From contig JBDRLL010000040.1 in the NCBI GenBank assembly GCA_043813075.1, positions 1 through 43,534 of the forward strand: 43,534 bases of DNA, in the 5' to 3' direction. Source of the DNA: Candidatus Altiarchaeota archaeon (lineage in GTDB: Archaea; Altiarchaeota; Altiarchaeia; IMC4; SCGC-AAA252-I15). The translations under genes and the position numbers were made by a program. Within the stretch, counting starts at the first letter, position 1; each line of letters opens with the position of its first letter. Positions 1 through 10,800 of the stretch are shown piece by piece. Under the pieces are notes generated by a model that was given only the letters and a program-made list of their open reading frames with translations, had not been told where the DNA came from and searched no databases.

Positions 1-180
1 GGGCAAGTGTCAAGCCTAAATTATGCGAGGCGGGAGATAGAGAAAAAACTGGGCGAACCTGGTTGCGAGCTGTTCGACCGTTTCTGCACTATGATGCTGG
101 TTGGCGGCAGAGCGGAAAGAGAATACTTGCGGGACAGTGCCATCGCGATGGAGCAGAGGGCAGGCCAGAAACGCAGATAG
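1..180 (+). CDS. 3' end of a hypothetical protein (partial, runs off the left edge)
   Basis: Frame 1 is open from base 1 to TAG at 178-180 (GQVSSLNYARREIEKKLGEPGCELFDRF...EQRAGQKRR*) and converges on the next gene. No family recognised. Confidence 0.5.
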   Translation, partial: GQVSSLNYARREIEKKLGEPGCELFDRFCTMMLVGGRAEREYLRDSAIAMEQRAGQKRR

Positions 181-225
181 ATGATTCACGCGGAAAGGCT
201 GGGCGCGTGTAGTGCCTAACCCCTC

Positions 226-1119
226 TTAATCCTTTTTCTTATCCTCCAGTTTTCTCACTTTTTCCTCAAGCATCTTCTCCCTGCTGACATCCCTGATGAC
301 CGCGACTATGATGTACGGGTCGTTGGCCTCCTGCTTGAGGAGGGAGACGCAGCATTCCGCGTTGAATGAGGTGCCGTCCTTTCTGGCTGCTTTGAATTCG
401 AAGCAGAACCCCCCCTTGTTTTCGACCGCGTAGTCCAGGTTCCTCCTGATGGTCTCGTACGTCTCCTCGTCCTTAACCAGCTCTTTCATGGACTTCCCGG
501 TTATCTCCTCCTGCTTGTATCCGAACATCTCGAGGGTTAGTGGATTGCACCATAGTATCCTGTGGGATTGTATCGTCATCACAGCAGCCTGTATGCTGTT
601 CATCAAGGCGAAAGTGTACTGGTCTATCCCCCTAATCCTCCTGTGGACGTTTGCGTTGTCTATGACCAGTCCGATGGGGCTGCTTATCACGTCAGCTACC
701 TTAACGTCCTCACTGCTGAACGCGTCATACTCCCTGCTGGCGAGTATGAGCAGGCCCTCCACCCTGCCCCTGTACTTCAATGGTATGTGGATGTAAGATT
801 GTATCCCCATACTCCTGGCTTTTCCAGGTATTGAACCCTTCTTGTCCCCCAGCTTCTCGCTGACGACGTGGGTTTCACCGTGTCTATCATCCGCTGAGAT
901 GTGCTTGACGTCCTCTGCAACGTCGCTGCTGATGTTCCTGCTGAACTTCAACTCAAAGCCATCCTTCCCTACGGTGTACACTCCCCCATAATCTGCTTTG
1001 AACAAGACCATGGTCTTGTCCAAGACTGCCTGCAGCACTTCGCCAGTATCCAGCGACTCGTTAGCGGCCATGACCAGCTCATACAATGTCTTGCAAGCCC
1101 CGTCAATCTTGGAGTCCAT
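226..1119 (-). CDS. GAF + PAS/PAC sensor protein with no output domain
   Basis: GAF signature (SLDTGEVLQAVLD...SYIHIPLKYRGRVEGLLILASREYDAFSSEDVKV...IDNA) is followed by PAS/PAC (WCNPLTLEMFGYKQEEITGKS...RKDGTSFNAE...IRDVSREK) and a short coiled coil. ATG 1119 (AGGAG upstream) is preferred over the ORF-track start at 1176, which overlaps the upstream gene. Confidence 0.85.
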   Translation of the reverse strand: MDSKIDGACKTLYELVMAANESLDTGEVLQAVLDKTMVLFKADYGGVYTVGKDGFELKFSRNISSDVAEDVKHISADDRHGETHVVSEKLGDKKGSIPGKARSMGIQSYIHIPLKYRGRVEGLLILASREYDAFSSEDVKVADVISSPIGLVIDNANVHRRIRGIDQYTFALMNSIQAAVMTIQSHRILWCNPLTLEMFGYKQEEITGKSMKELVKDEETYETIRRNLDYAVENKGGFCFEFKAARKDGTSFNAECCVSLLKQEANDPYIIVAVIRDVSREKMLEEKVRKLEDKKKD

Positions 1120-1157
1120 ACAATACCAGTATTCTCCTGCAAGTCTAAAAAATCGTT

Positions 1158-4100
1158 TCACTCGGTGAGAACGCACGTGTCACCGCACACCATCCTAGAA
1201 TTCTTGACGAGCATGTCGACGCTGTCTGCGCCGTCCAGGTCAGAGACCATCCTATAACTATTATACGCGTTCTTAGCGCTAACGCACGCTCTCTCGCAAT
1301 CCTCCAACCCGAACAAATCCTCCGCGGCAGCCATGCTCTCGTCAGCCACTATCCTCCCCCTCAAATCCTTCACTTCAGCCAGCAAAAAACCATCCCTTAT
1401 CAGGCTGAATATCATCACCGCATCATCCGCGTGACTCAAGGCATTCCCATACTCCCCAGCATCATACTCCTCAGAAGCCTTCAGATAAATGTTGTACCCC
1501 CTTATCTTGTGGAGGAGGTTGTTGCAGTCGCGCACTCCCTCATCATCCCCCAATGCGGTGAACCGCTGCCGTGCAAGAACCGCAAGATCCTCCGCCTCAA
1601 CAATCTTCCTGGAATCAAACCTCCTCTCAGCGTTCCTAAAGGCCCGCAACGCGTTCATCCTCTTCAATTCAAACCAACTCCCAAAGACAAAAAGCCTCCC
1701 CTCATCATCCCCTATAATTATCTCCAACGTGCCGTCGCCAGTCAAATCCGCCACCGCGGGTGAAGAAGCGATACTGCTGTTCAAATCATAACTCCATCTT
1801 ATTATGCCCGGGTAATCAAGGACATACACGACACCCTCATTGCTGCCGAACACTATGTCTGTCACATTATCGCCGTCAACATCCGCCAACGCAGGAGTCG
1901 AACGTATCGGCCGGCTTAGACTGTACCTCATTATCCTATCGCCACTGTCGTTGACTACTATCAGCTCGTTCCCAGCCCCGAACACAATGTCATGGACGCT
2001 GTCATTGTCTATCCTGCCGAGCGAAACCGAGGTTGTGATATCATGTGTCCCATTGAAAATCCACCTCCTCAATAGCCTTGACACTGGTATGCCCTCCTCG
2101 TCAGTGTACTTGCTGTAGTATATCTTGCTCATAATCCTCCCTGAAGGCACGTAAATACTGTTGCCCTCGTCAACGGCTGCGGTCTGGGTTATGTCGTCGC
2201 TTGCCTGATAACTCCACACCTTGTATGGGGGGGTCTTTAGGGTGTAGACTATGTTGTCGTTGGAGCCTATCATCACCTCCTTCATCCTGTCTGAGTCTAT
2301 ATCCACTATCGCGGGCGAAGACAATACCGCCTCCGAAGTCGAGTAGTCCCAGAGGAGATTGCCGTTAGAGTCAAGGCAGTAAATCTTCTCGTCCATGGAC
2401 CCGAACACCACTTCAGGACTGGGGAGGGCGTCAAGGTTAGCGACCAGGGGTGATGATCGGACCATGCCCTCCGTCTTATAGCTCCACAATAGGCTGCCGC
2501 TGCTGTTCAAGACGTATATCCTGCCGTTGTCTGACCCGAACAATACTTCCGGGTTATTGTCTCCATTGACGTCCATGACGGTGGGCGTCGAATATATCGG
2601 GGACTTCACTGAATACTCCCACAAGACATCGCCCCTAGGGCCTAGCGCATACACTATACCATCGCTCGAGCCTACGACGACCTCCAGGTTCCCGTCGCCG
2701 TCCAAGTCCGCGGCAACGGGAGTCGTCTTGATGCCTCCGCCAGTCTTAAAACTCCACAGTATCTCATAATCCCTGATCCTTATCCTCCTGACAGGCTCTA
2801 TCATCTTGGACTGGGTTGGGTAACCCCTAAGCTCAGCCAACTCTTCGATGGAGTAGTTGCTGTAATGCCTTGTCGAGCAATACCATGCTTCCGCCAGGTC
2901 ATATGGCGTCGCCTCGAACCCGGCTTTAGGCCTGCAACTCCACTCGTGGAACACGTCTTCCACCGGCAGTTCACTGTTCGCCCCCACCCTGCATGAGTAT
3001 GTCACAGTGTATTCCGTGAAGTTGAAGGGGTACTCGACCCTCCCCTGCATGACGGACTTGTTGTATGCCGTCTCGTTGAACGTGTTCAAGTAGTCCCTGA
3101 TTAAAGTGAAATTCCCGTAAGCCTCCCTGCTGACATTCGATACACCGCACTCCCAGACGGAGTACTGTTTGTCTATCGGATATCCCCTGCTGTTGTAGAA
3201 ATAGCACGTGTAGTTGACTTCCGCCGCCATGAATCCCTCATAGTCCCCCGTCCTGTTGACCAGGTCGAGCATAAAGTCTGCGTCACGCATGCTACGGCTG
3301 CTGGAGTTGAGCATACAGGACCAGGACACCCTATCCACCCTCCTACTGTAGTTCTCCTCATGACTGTATGAACCCCCACGCCTGTTATCCCTCTTGAATG
3401 TCGGCCACTCACCCATAACCGAGAAGACCACTCCCCTCCTGTTGTTATCCTCGTCAGACTCTATCACCTTGTTCTCCCTGTCTGCGATGACCTCCAGCAG
3501 GTGCCTGCCGTAAGTCGCGTTGAATCTGAATTCAAGGCTCCTGCTCCTCCCCGGCAGTATGTCTACCACCCTCCCAGACTCCTCGTTCCTGTCCAAGTAG
3601 ACTGTAACATTGACTCCTGATGCTATCGCATCACCCGTATTCGTCAGCTCAACGACAGCATTCAATACCCTCCCGTCGACCGGTATCATCGGGTCTGTCC
3701 TCAAGTCGTCGACCCTCACGTCCGCGACACCGCCGATGGCGTCGACGTAGTATCCTGCAGGAACGTAGAGTATGCCTTCAGAGTAGGCTGGAGTCTTCCT
3801 GATGCTGGTCGAAAGGTTCCTGCTCCAGTGGACTATGCCTGAGTACTCGTTGAGCGCGTGTATGCTGTTGCCTGACCCAACGTATATCATGCCGTCGTAT
3901 ATCGCCGGGTCTGCGTAAGTCCTATCGCCAAGCCTCAGCGTCCATATGTTATTGCCTGACAGCGCGTCGATGGAATACACGTAACCCTCCCTGTCAACGA
4001 CTATTATGTTGTCATTCGACTCTATAGGACTGCCGTAGACCGTGTTGTTGAGGCTGTAATTCCACATGACTTCCCCCGAATACTTGTCTAAGGCATACAA

Positions 4101-4739
4101 CCTCCTGTCTGACGCGGTATAGTATATCACGTCATCAAGCGTAGCGGGATTCGTAGTCACACCACCCTTCAACGAAGTATTCCACAGCACCTCCCCAGTA
4201 ATCCTGCTCAAAGAGTAGGCCTTCCTATCCCCTGAAGCATAGTATATCTTCCACTCCTCCACGACAGGCTTCGACTGGACAGGATACCCCGTCTTATGGC
4301 TCCACACCATCTTTCCAGTCGACTCCTTCAGGCCGTACAGGTGCTTGTCGTCACTGCCGATGAACACGACACCCTCATGCAGGATGGGCGGGCCCCTGAC
4401 CTTGTCTTTAGCCAGGAACGTCCAGACCCGACTGCCTGTGGTCTTGTTGATGGCGTAGACTATCTTGTTGTCGCACCCGAATATCACCAGGCCCCCTGTC
4501 ACAAGCGGCGTCGAGTATATGCCTGCAGTAGAAGTATAATTGATGACCTCGCTGCCCGTAGTCTTGTTGACTCCGTAAAGCATGCCGCTTGAAGTCCCGA
4601 AGTATATCACATCCCCCTCCAAGACAAGGTCTGTCTGGATGGTCCCGCGGGCCTTGAACTCCCACATGACTGGCGGCGCAGCGGAGTCTGCGACAGCAGT
4701 CAACGCTAGTACCATAAACAGGAACAAATGCTTTCTCAT
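1158..4739 (-). CDS. Secreted multidomain surface protein: PQQ-like (BamB-type) beta-propeller, CARDB, Cys-rich insert, FG-GAP/PQQ propeller, TPR-like C-terminus
   Basis: Signal peptide MRKHLFLFMVLALTAVA; repeated 'xxYAxxxxTGxxxW' blades; CARDB (VELTNTGD...EVIADRENKVIESDEDNN); DxDGDGxxE/DVNGDNNPE FG-GAP motifs; Ala-rich helical repeats at the end. GGGTGAG SD upstream. Confidence 0.85.
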   Translation of the reverse strand: MRKHLFLFMVLALTAVADSAAPPVMWEFKARGTIQTDLVLEGDVIYFGTSSGMLYGVNKTTGSEVINYTSTAGIYSTPLVTGGLVIFGCDNKIVYAINKTTGSRVWTFLAKDKVRGPPILHEGVVFIGSDDKHLYGLKESTGKMVWSHKTGYPVQSKPVVEEWKIYYASGDRKAYSLSRITGEVLWNTSLKGGVTTNPATLDDVIYYTASDRRLYALDKYSGEVMWNYSLNNTVYGSPIESNDNIIVVDREGYVYSIDALSGNNIWTLRLGDRTYADPAIYDGMIYVGSGNSIHALNEYSGIVHWSRNLSTSIRKTPAYSEGILYVPAGYYVDAIGGVADVRVDDLRTDPMIPVDGRVLNAVVELTNTGDAIASGVNVTVYLDRNEESGRVVDILPGRSRSLEFRFNATYGRHLLEVIADRENKVIESDEDNNRRGVVFSVMGEWPTFKRDNRRGGSYSHEENYSRRVDRVSWSCMLNSSSRSMRDADFMLDLVNRTGDYEGFMAAEVNYTCYFYNSRGYPIDKQYSVWECGVSNVSREAYGNFTLIRDYLNTFNETAYNKSVMQGRVEYPFNFTEYTVTYSCRVGANSELPVEDVFHEWSCRPKAGFEATPYDLAEAWYCSTRHYSNYSIEELAELRGYPTQSKMIEPVRRIRIRDYEILWSFKTGGGIKTTPVAADLDGDGNLEVVVGSSDGIVYALGPRGDVLWEYSVKSPIYSTPTVMDVNGDNNPEVLFGSDNGRIYVLNSSGSLLWSYKTEGMVRSSPLVANLDALPSPEVVFGSMDEKIYCLDSNGNLLWDYSTSEAVLSSPAIVDIDSDRMKEVMIGSNDNIVYTLKTPPYKVWSYQASDDITQTAAVDEGNSIYVPSGRIMSKIYYSKYTDEEGIPVSRLLRRWIFNGTHDITTSVSLGRIDNDSVHDIVFGAGNELIVVNDSGDRIMRYSLSRPIRSTPALADVDGDNVTDIVFGSNEGVVYVLDYPGIIRWSYDLNSSIASSPAVADLTGDGTLEIIIGDDEGRLFVFGSWFELKRMNALRAFRNAERRFDSRKIVEAEDLAVLARQRFTALGDDEGVRDCNNLLHKIRGYNIYLKASEEYDAGEYGNALSHADDAVMIFSLIRDGFLLAEVKDLRGRIVADESMAAAEDLFGLEDCERACVSAKNAYNSYRMVSDLDGADSVDMLVKNSRMVCGDTCVLTE

Positions 4740-4782
4740 GGACTCACCCCTAAGGGAAGAATATAGGCTCTACAATAATATT

Positions 4783-4834
4783 AAATAAAAAAAAGAAGGG
4801 TGTTGGGGGGAGACGGCTATACCGCACCCCCAAT
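4783..4834 (-). terminator. Hairpin plus oligo-T terminator of the giant surface-protein gene
   Basis: On the minus strand after TAG: TTGGGGG-TG-CGG-TATAG-CCG-TCT-CCCCCCAA stem-loop, then CCCTTCTTTTTTTTATTT. Confidence 0.65.
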
Positions 4835-4840
4835 TCAAGC

Positions 4841-7800
4841 CTATTTCTTACTGGAGTCACTCGCCTTCTTCAGCTGCGTGTCCCTCGCCCACACTACGTA
4901 TCCAGCTATCAGCGACATCAAGAGTATCAGGTTCCTGAAACCGCTGGTGCTTAACGCCGCAAAGTAGTCTGTTATGGGCGCTATCGCGAAGCCGGTTATC
5001 GCCGGCGGCGTGACATCCCTCACAGGCGCTGCCCTAGGCTCCGTACTCGGAGCGTCTGCCCTAGGCTGTGGCTGCGCTGGAGCCTGTTGAGGCCGTGCTA
5101 CTGGCTGTGGCGTCGGAACTACCGCAGGCTGTGGCGCTGGCGCTTCTGGCGCTGGTGCTTCTGGCGCTGGCGCTTCTGGCGCAGGCTCTGAAGGCGTCTC
5201 CACCGGGTTATTGTTCTTCGGCTGCCTGTTTATGGTTATGCTCACCGTGTCTACAGTGCTCTGGCCTCCGACAGCAACAGCATCGCCTGTTATGACGGCC
5301 ATGCCCGCACCGCCTGACCCGCTCTCACTCACGCTTAACGTGACAGTGAACGTACCAAGCAGGTCGTATGCAGTGCTGGCTTCCAGTTCCTCCCCGCCTA
5401 CTGCCGACTCGTCCAGTATTATGGCCCCGGAGTCTTCACCGCAGTTGTTTGACTGTGCCGTGAATCCGTTACCGAAGTCCCATACCGCGTCCACGCAGTC
5501 TTCCTCATCGCCTATCTCGGCGGTGAACGTCAGCTGCACTGGAGCGCTCTGGTGCGTGAACGAGCTGCCCTCAATCGGGCTTGTGATGCTTCCCACGGGC
5601 GGCGCGTTCCAGCAGTTCTGGTTTATCCTGTCATTCAAAGGGTCGTCTGCACCCGGGTATATCGTCGCATCCAGGTCATCGCAGTCGCAGAACGGCAGGC
5701 CTTCAGCCGGCAGCTCCGGATCGTATATCCTACACGTCTCAACAACCTTGATTGAAGCGTCTCCACCGGTCGTGCCTGGTCCCGGGAATCCATCATTGTC
5801 CGCGTCCGCGTCGCACGCGTCTCCACCAAACCATGTTGACGGGTCATTCAAGTCTGTCTGAGGTTGTGTGCCTGGAACTCCGTCACCATCCATGTCCGGC
5901 TGACTGCAGGTCGAGTCCGGGCATCCAGTGTCGTCAACACACTCCTGGCCTTCATTAGCCCCACCGTCACAAACCTTCGGGTCCGCTGTCTCAGGGCATA
6001 TGTCCTGGCCGTTGGGCACTCCGTCACCATCCGCATCGCACGAATTCGTGTTCTGGCATCCTGGGTCATCGCAGTCGACTAGCGTGTCACCGTCATTGTC
6101 GAACGTGTCCGCGCATGAGGCGTCGTCATCCTCAGTGTCACACAAGTCCCCTATACCATCACCGTCAACGTCGCTCTGGTCTGGGTTGAATGTGTTCACG
6201 CAATTATCGCACGCGTCGCCGCGACCATCACCATCGGCGTCTGCCTGGTCGTGGTCGTATATGCCTGGGCAGGTGTCGCACATGCCGTTTATGTTGTGTC
6301 TCTCACCGTATACTCCTTCTGGGGTGGCCTCAACCGGCTCGCACTGGTAGTCGCAGTATCCGTCACCGGACTCCAATGTAATCTGGGTTCCGCCATCTCC
6401 ATCTGGTATTGCGCCACCGTTCTCCTCGTCCGGGCAGCTGACGCACTCATAAATGTCTATCGTAACACTACCGCTGTTGTCGCCGTAACCCGAGTCAATC
6501 ATCTTGAACGCTGACTGGACTCCGGTTCCTGGCATTATCAGGTCGTACGTGTTGGTATCACTGTTGCACGTTAGGCCCCAACTATGGTCTATGTCGTTCA
6601 CGAGAACGTCCAGGTAGGTCTTCCATACTGCTGGGAACACGTCCTCACCCTTCTTCCAGCCTGGGCCGTATACCACGCCAGTCCTCTCGCTGCATTCCGC
6701 GTCAGCTATGCTCGGGCCGTAATCATATGTCCCACTGGCCTGTAGCAGGTATTTCTTCCCCGCCTCGAGTGTCACTGAATTCACTGTTGAACCGTCTGAA
6801 GGCACGCTTACCGTGTCCAGCTGGTATATCTGCTCGCACGCGCAGTCGTCTCCAGCCGCCGGACAGGCGTCACAGTCGTCTGGCACGCCATCCTGGTCAT
6901 AATCCATGTAGTCCGGGAATCCGGGACATTGGTCTACGTCTCCGCATACCCCGTCTTCGTCGGCATCGTTTTCAGGATCGTTCGGGCATGCGTCGCATCC
7001 GTCTGGTATCCCGTCTCCGTCTGCGTCAGCCCAGTCATCGTGTCCGGGGCATATGTCGCACGCGTCTCCCACACCATCCTGGTCGTCGTCTTCTTGACCT
7101 GGATTATCCGTGGTCGGGCAGTTGTCGCACACGTCTCCTAGACCATCCTTGTCAGTGTCCAGGTATCTGACGCATACTCCTCCAGCGGGTTCGTCTGCAA
7201 GTCCTGCGTCTGAGGGTGCTGCTTGTCCGCCGCAGTCACTGTCGTCTTCACACCTTGTAGTGTACCTACCGTTTATCAGGCATGTCCCTGCCTTCCAGTG
7301 GTCTGGCGTGTCCGGGCACGTGTCGCAAACGTCTCCCGCACCATCATCATCCCTGTCAGCCTGGTCGTCGTTGTCGGCTTTCTTGCAGTTGTCGCAGAGG
7401 TCTCCCAGCGAGTCTGTGTCCGAGTTCTTCTGGTCTGGGTTGTAGTTGTCTACGCAGTTGTCGCAGACGTCTCCCACACCGTCACTGCACGGACTGTTCG
7501 CATATCCTCCTGGGCAGTTCCACTTGTCGATGTCCTGTTGGTCCTCGTTGTCTATGTTCGGGCAGTTGTCGCACGCGTCTCCTAGAGAGTCGCCGTCACT
7601 GTTGGTCTGTAGTTTCAGGCAGGTGCCTGTCCCACATTCATCATCGTTATTACATTGCACTCCCCTGTATTCCCAGTCTCCCATACAGGTTCCAGTCTTC
7701 CAGGCGTTCCCATGGTTCACGCAGTTGTCGCACGCGTCTCCGCGCCCGTCATCATCAACATCCAACTGGTCGTTGTTCTGAACTTGCTTGCAGTTGTCGC

Positions 7801-10800
7801 ACAGGTCTCCGCGAGCGTCACCGTCAGCATTTTCCTGGTTCGGGTTGTAGTTGTCTACACAGTTGTCGCACGCGTCTCCCACTCCGTCACTGCATGGGCT
7901 TTGTGAATATCCTCCTGGACAATTCCACTTGTCAACGTCCTCCTGACCTGCATTAGCTACGGTCGGGCAGTTGTCGCCGCACTCCGTGTCGATGTCATCA
8001 GCATCCGGGTCTGTCCCATCGTGTGAAATGTCCGCGTCAGTGGTCTGACTGCACTCGTATGTGCCGCCCACGTTACACTGGCTGTCAAACAAGGCCCTGT
8101 AGTCCCATGTATCAGGGTTTCCGTCGGGGGTCCACTCGCACGTGGCTATCTCGGGCGCATCATGGTCGTTGCAGTCTTCATTATCCTGGCAGCAGGTGCT
8201 GCCTAACGGGCCTGTTTGTGTGGCGCAGTCCGGGTCAGCGCAGTCCACGAGCCCGTCACAATCGTTGTCGTTGCCGTCAACGCATGACGTCTCGGTTCCG
8301 CCGCAGTCAGAGTCCACTCCGTCAATACAGGTGTCTCCGTCGTTGTCGAAACTGTCATCGCAAGAGTCACCACACTGGCCGGTATTCTCAGTGGCCGCGC
8401 AGTATGGTTCGTTCAGGAAGTTGCTGCACCATGGGTCCGCGCAGTCTATCTGCTGGTTGCCCATCTGGTTCTGACCGTCCCTGCAGACGCATCCGAAGTC
8501 TCCTCCAAGTAGGTTGAAGGAGTCATCTGCCGCATCGGCCTTTCCGTCGCAGTCGTTGTCTACCTCATCGAAGCACATGCAGTCCTGTTCCTTAACGCCC
8601 GGGTTTACCGCCGGCTCGTCGTCGTCGCAGTCGTCTCCACCGTTCTTCGGTGAATTGAATCTTGCGCTCTGGCAGTAGCCGTCGCCGTCAACATCTCCTG
8701 GATTATCGTCAGGGCACGTGTCGCACACGTCACCCATATCGTCGCCGTCAGCATCAGCCTGGTCTTTAACGCAGTTGCCCTGGTTGATTAATCCACAGTC
8801 GTTGTTCGAGTTGCAGGGAGCTCCCTTCTTCCAGTCTCCGATTCCGCCGCCGTCGCAGGTCCCCTTGCTGGGGCCGTTGGGCGTGTTAACGCAGTTGTCG
8901 CATACGTCTCCTATCCCGTCTCCGTCTGCGTCAGCCTGGTCATTGTTTGCATCGTCTGGGCAGTTGTCGCATACGTCTCCTATCCCGTCTCCGTCTGCGT
9001 CAGCCTGGTCTTCGTTATCGGTTGTCGGGCAGTTGTCGCACGCGTCTCCGTGTGAGTCGCTGTCTGAATTGGGTTGCTCGCTAGTCATCTGGCATGTGCC
9101 GCAGTGCGTGTGCCATTGCCAGTTGCTGCCGCAACAGTGTCTGTGCCTTATGCAACAGTCGCTGTCCTCGTCGCACGCATCACCCACCTTGTATCCCGTG
9201 CATGTTCCTGACGTCACCAGCGGGTTGTAGATGTCTGGGCAGTTGTCGCCGCAGTCTGTTGCCACACCGTCTGCGTCAGGGTCGTTGCCGTCATGCGAGA
9301 TTGCTCCCGCTGTAGTACAATCGTAGACTCCACCACCCACGTCGACACACTGGCTGTTGAATTCCGCCCTGTAATCCCATGTTAACGGGTTGTCGTCAGG
9401 GCTGTTATCGCAGGTTGCTATCTCGTCCTCGTCGTTGCCGTCACAGTTGTCGTCGTTTGGCGTGCTCAGGCACTCGTTGTTCGCATCGCACGTGTCGTCG
9501 GTACAGTCGTAGCCGTCGTCGCATAATCCGTCGTCTCCGTTGCAGCATACGCCACTATCTGGGCCTATCTCGCCTTCGCAGTCTTCGTCGGCGCAGTCTA
9601 TGTCGCCATCGCAGTCGTTGTCGATGCCGTCAGTGCATACCTCGTCTATGCACGGGTCGTCTCCTACCACGCAGCCGTCGAAGAAGTTGGCGTTCGGTAT
9701 CAGGTCGCCGTTAGCCAGCCTCCTGTCTCTTACCTGGCAGACAAGCGTGTTTTCCGAATCCCTTAGTGGGCTTATGGCGACGCCCAACTCGTCTCTGGGG
9801 TCTGGAAGAGCGCAGCCTTCATTAGCCTGCTCCACAGTCCCAGGAATCTGATTTCCATTCAGAGTACACCCGATTATGTCATTGTCTACCGAAAGATATA
9901 ACATGTAGTTGTGGTACTCGTCACCATCGAAGGTACATGTCACAGTGCTATCTGTCGCAAGCGGCCAGAAGGTGCTGTACTGGTAGTTGCAGCCCCACAT
10001 GTCGTAGTACTCGTTTCCTAATGGGAGTTCAGTGTCCCACTCGCACAGGTCGGCTTCAACACACGGACCCACGACATCACCGGACTGGTCTTCACTTAGG
10101 CAGTCTGGCGTGCAGCCGTCGCCTGGGTCGTTGTTGCCGTCGTCGCACTCTTCATCGCCTTCCTGCACTCCGTCGCCGCAAATAATGCAAGCGTCATCTC
10201 CATCGCAGTCACTGTCATCACAGTCGACATACGTATCACAGTCGTTGTCTGTGCCGTCATCGCAGACTTCGTCTGTCGCACAACAGTATATGTCTACTGA
10301 TAGGCTGCCTGAGTTGTCGTGAATACATGCATTGTTGTCGCAAGCATTGCCCCATGTCCCATACCAGTCGCTTAATAAAACGTTTACATTTCCTGTCGTA
10401 GTTGCATCATACACAAATCCATACTCGTGATTATCGTTATAGCATCCCCAGTCATAATCCTGGCCATTCAGGTGTATGTCCAGTATGGACCCATCCAGGT
10501 CTGTCCTGAGCGTGCCCCAACTATCTCTAGTGCAGTATTCCGCGTCCGCAATCTTGCTGCTCTGAGAGCTATCGTACCTGTATGTGCCTGTGGCTTTCAG
10601 CAGGTAGCTCATGCCTGAGTATAGTATGCTTGTGCTGTCCTCGCCGTCGGCGTCTGATGCGCCGAGCGATATAGTCTCCATAAGCGTTTCAGTCTTTCCG
10701 TCAGGGCAGACAGGCATCTCACATAAAGAGTCTGCGTCGCACTCGTCGTCTGAGCAGTCTATGAGCCCGTCGCAGTCGTTGTCTACCGTGTCGCAGCATG

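Noticed and set aside
1320-1720. Local patches of strong C/A versus G/T strand skew (also ~4140-4290 and ~12240-12420)
   Set aside because: Visible by eye, but I cannot quantify it or separate it from amino-acid composition without computation.
7380-9430. Long paired repeats in the giant gene as a DGR template/variable repeat
   Set aside because: Both copies are in-frame coding, the pair I compared differs mostly at synonymous sites rather than adenines, and no reverse transcriptase is in the window.
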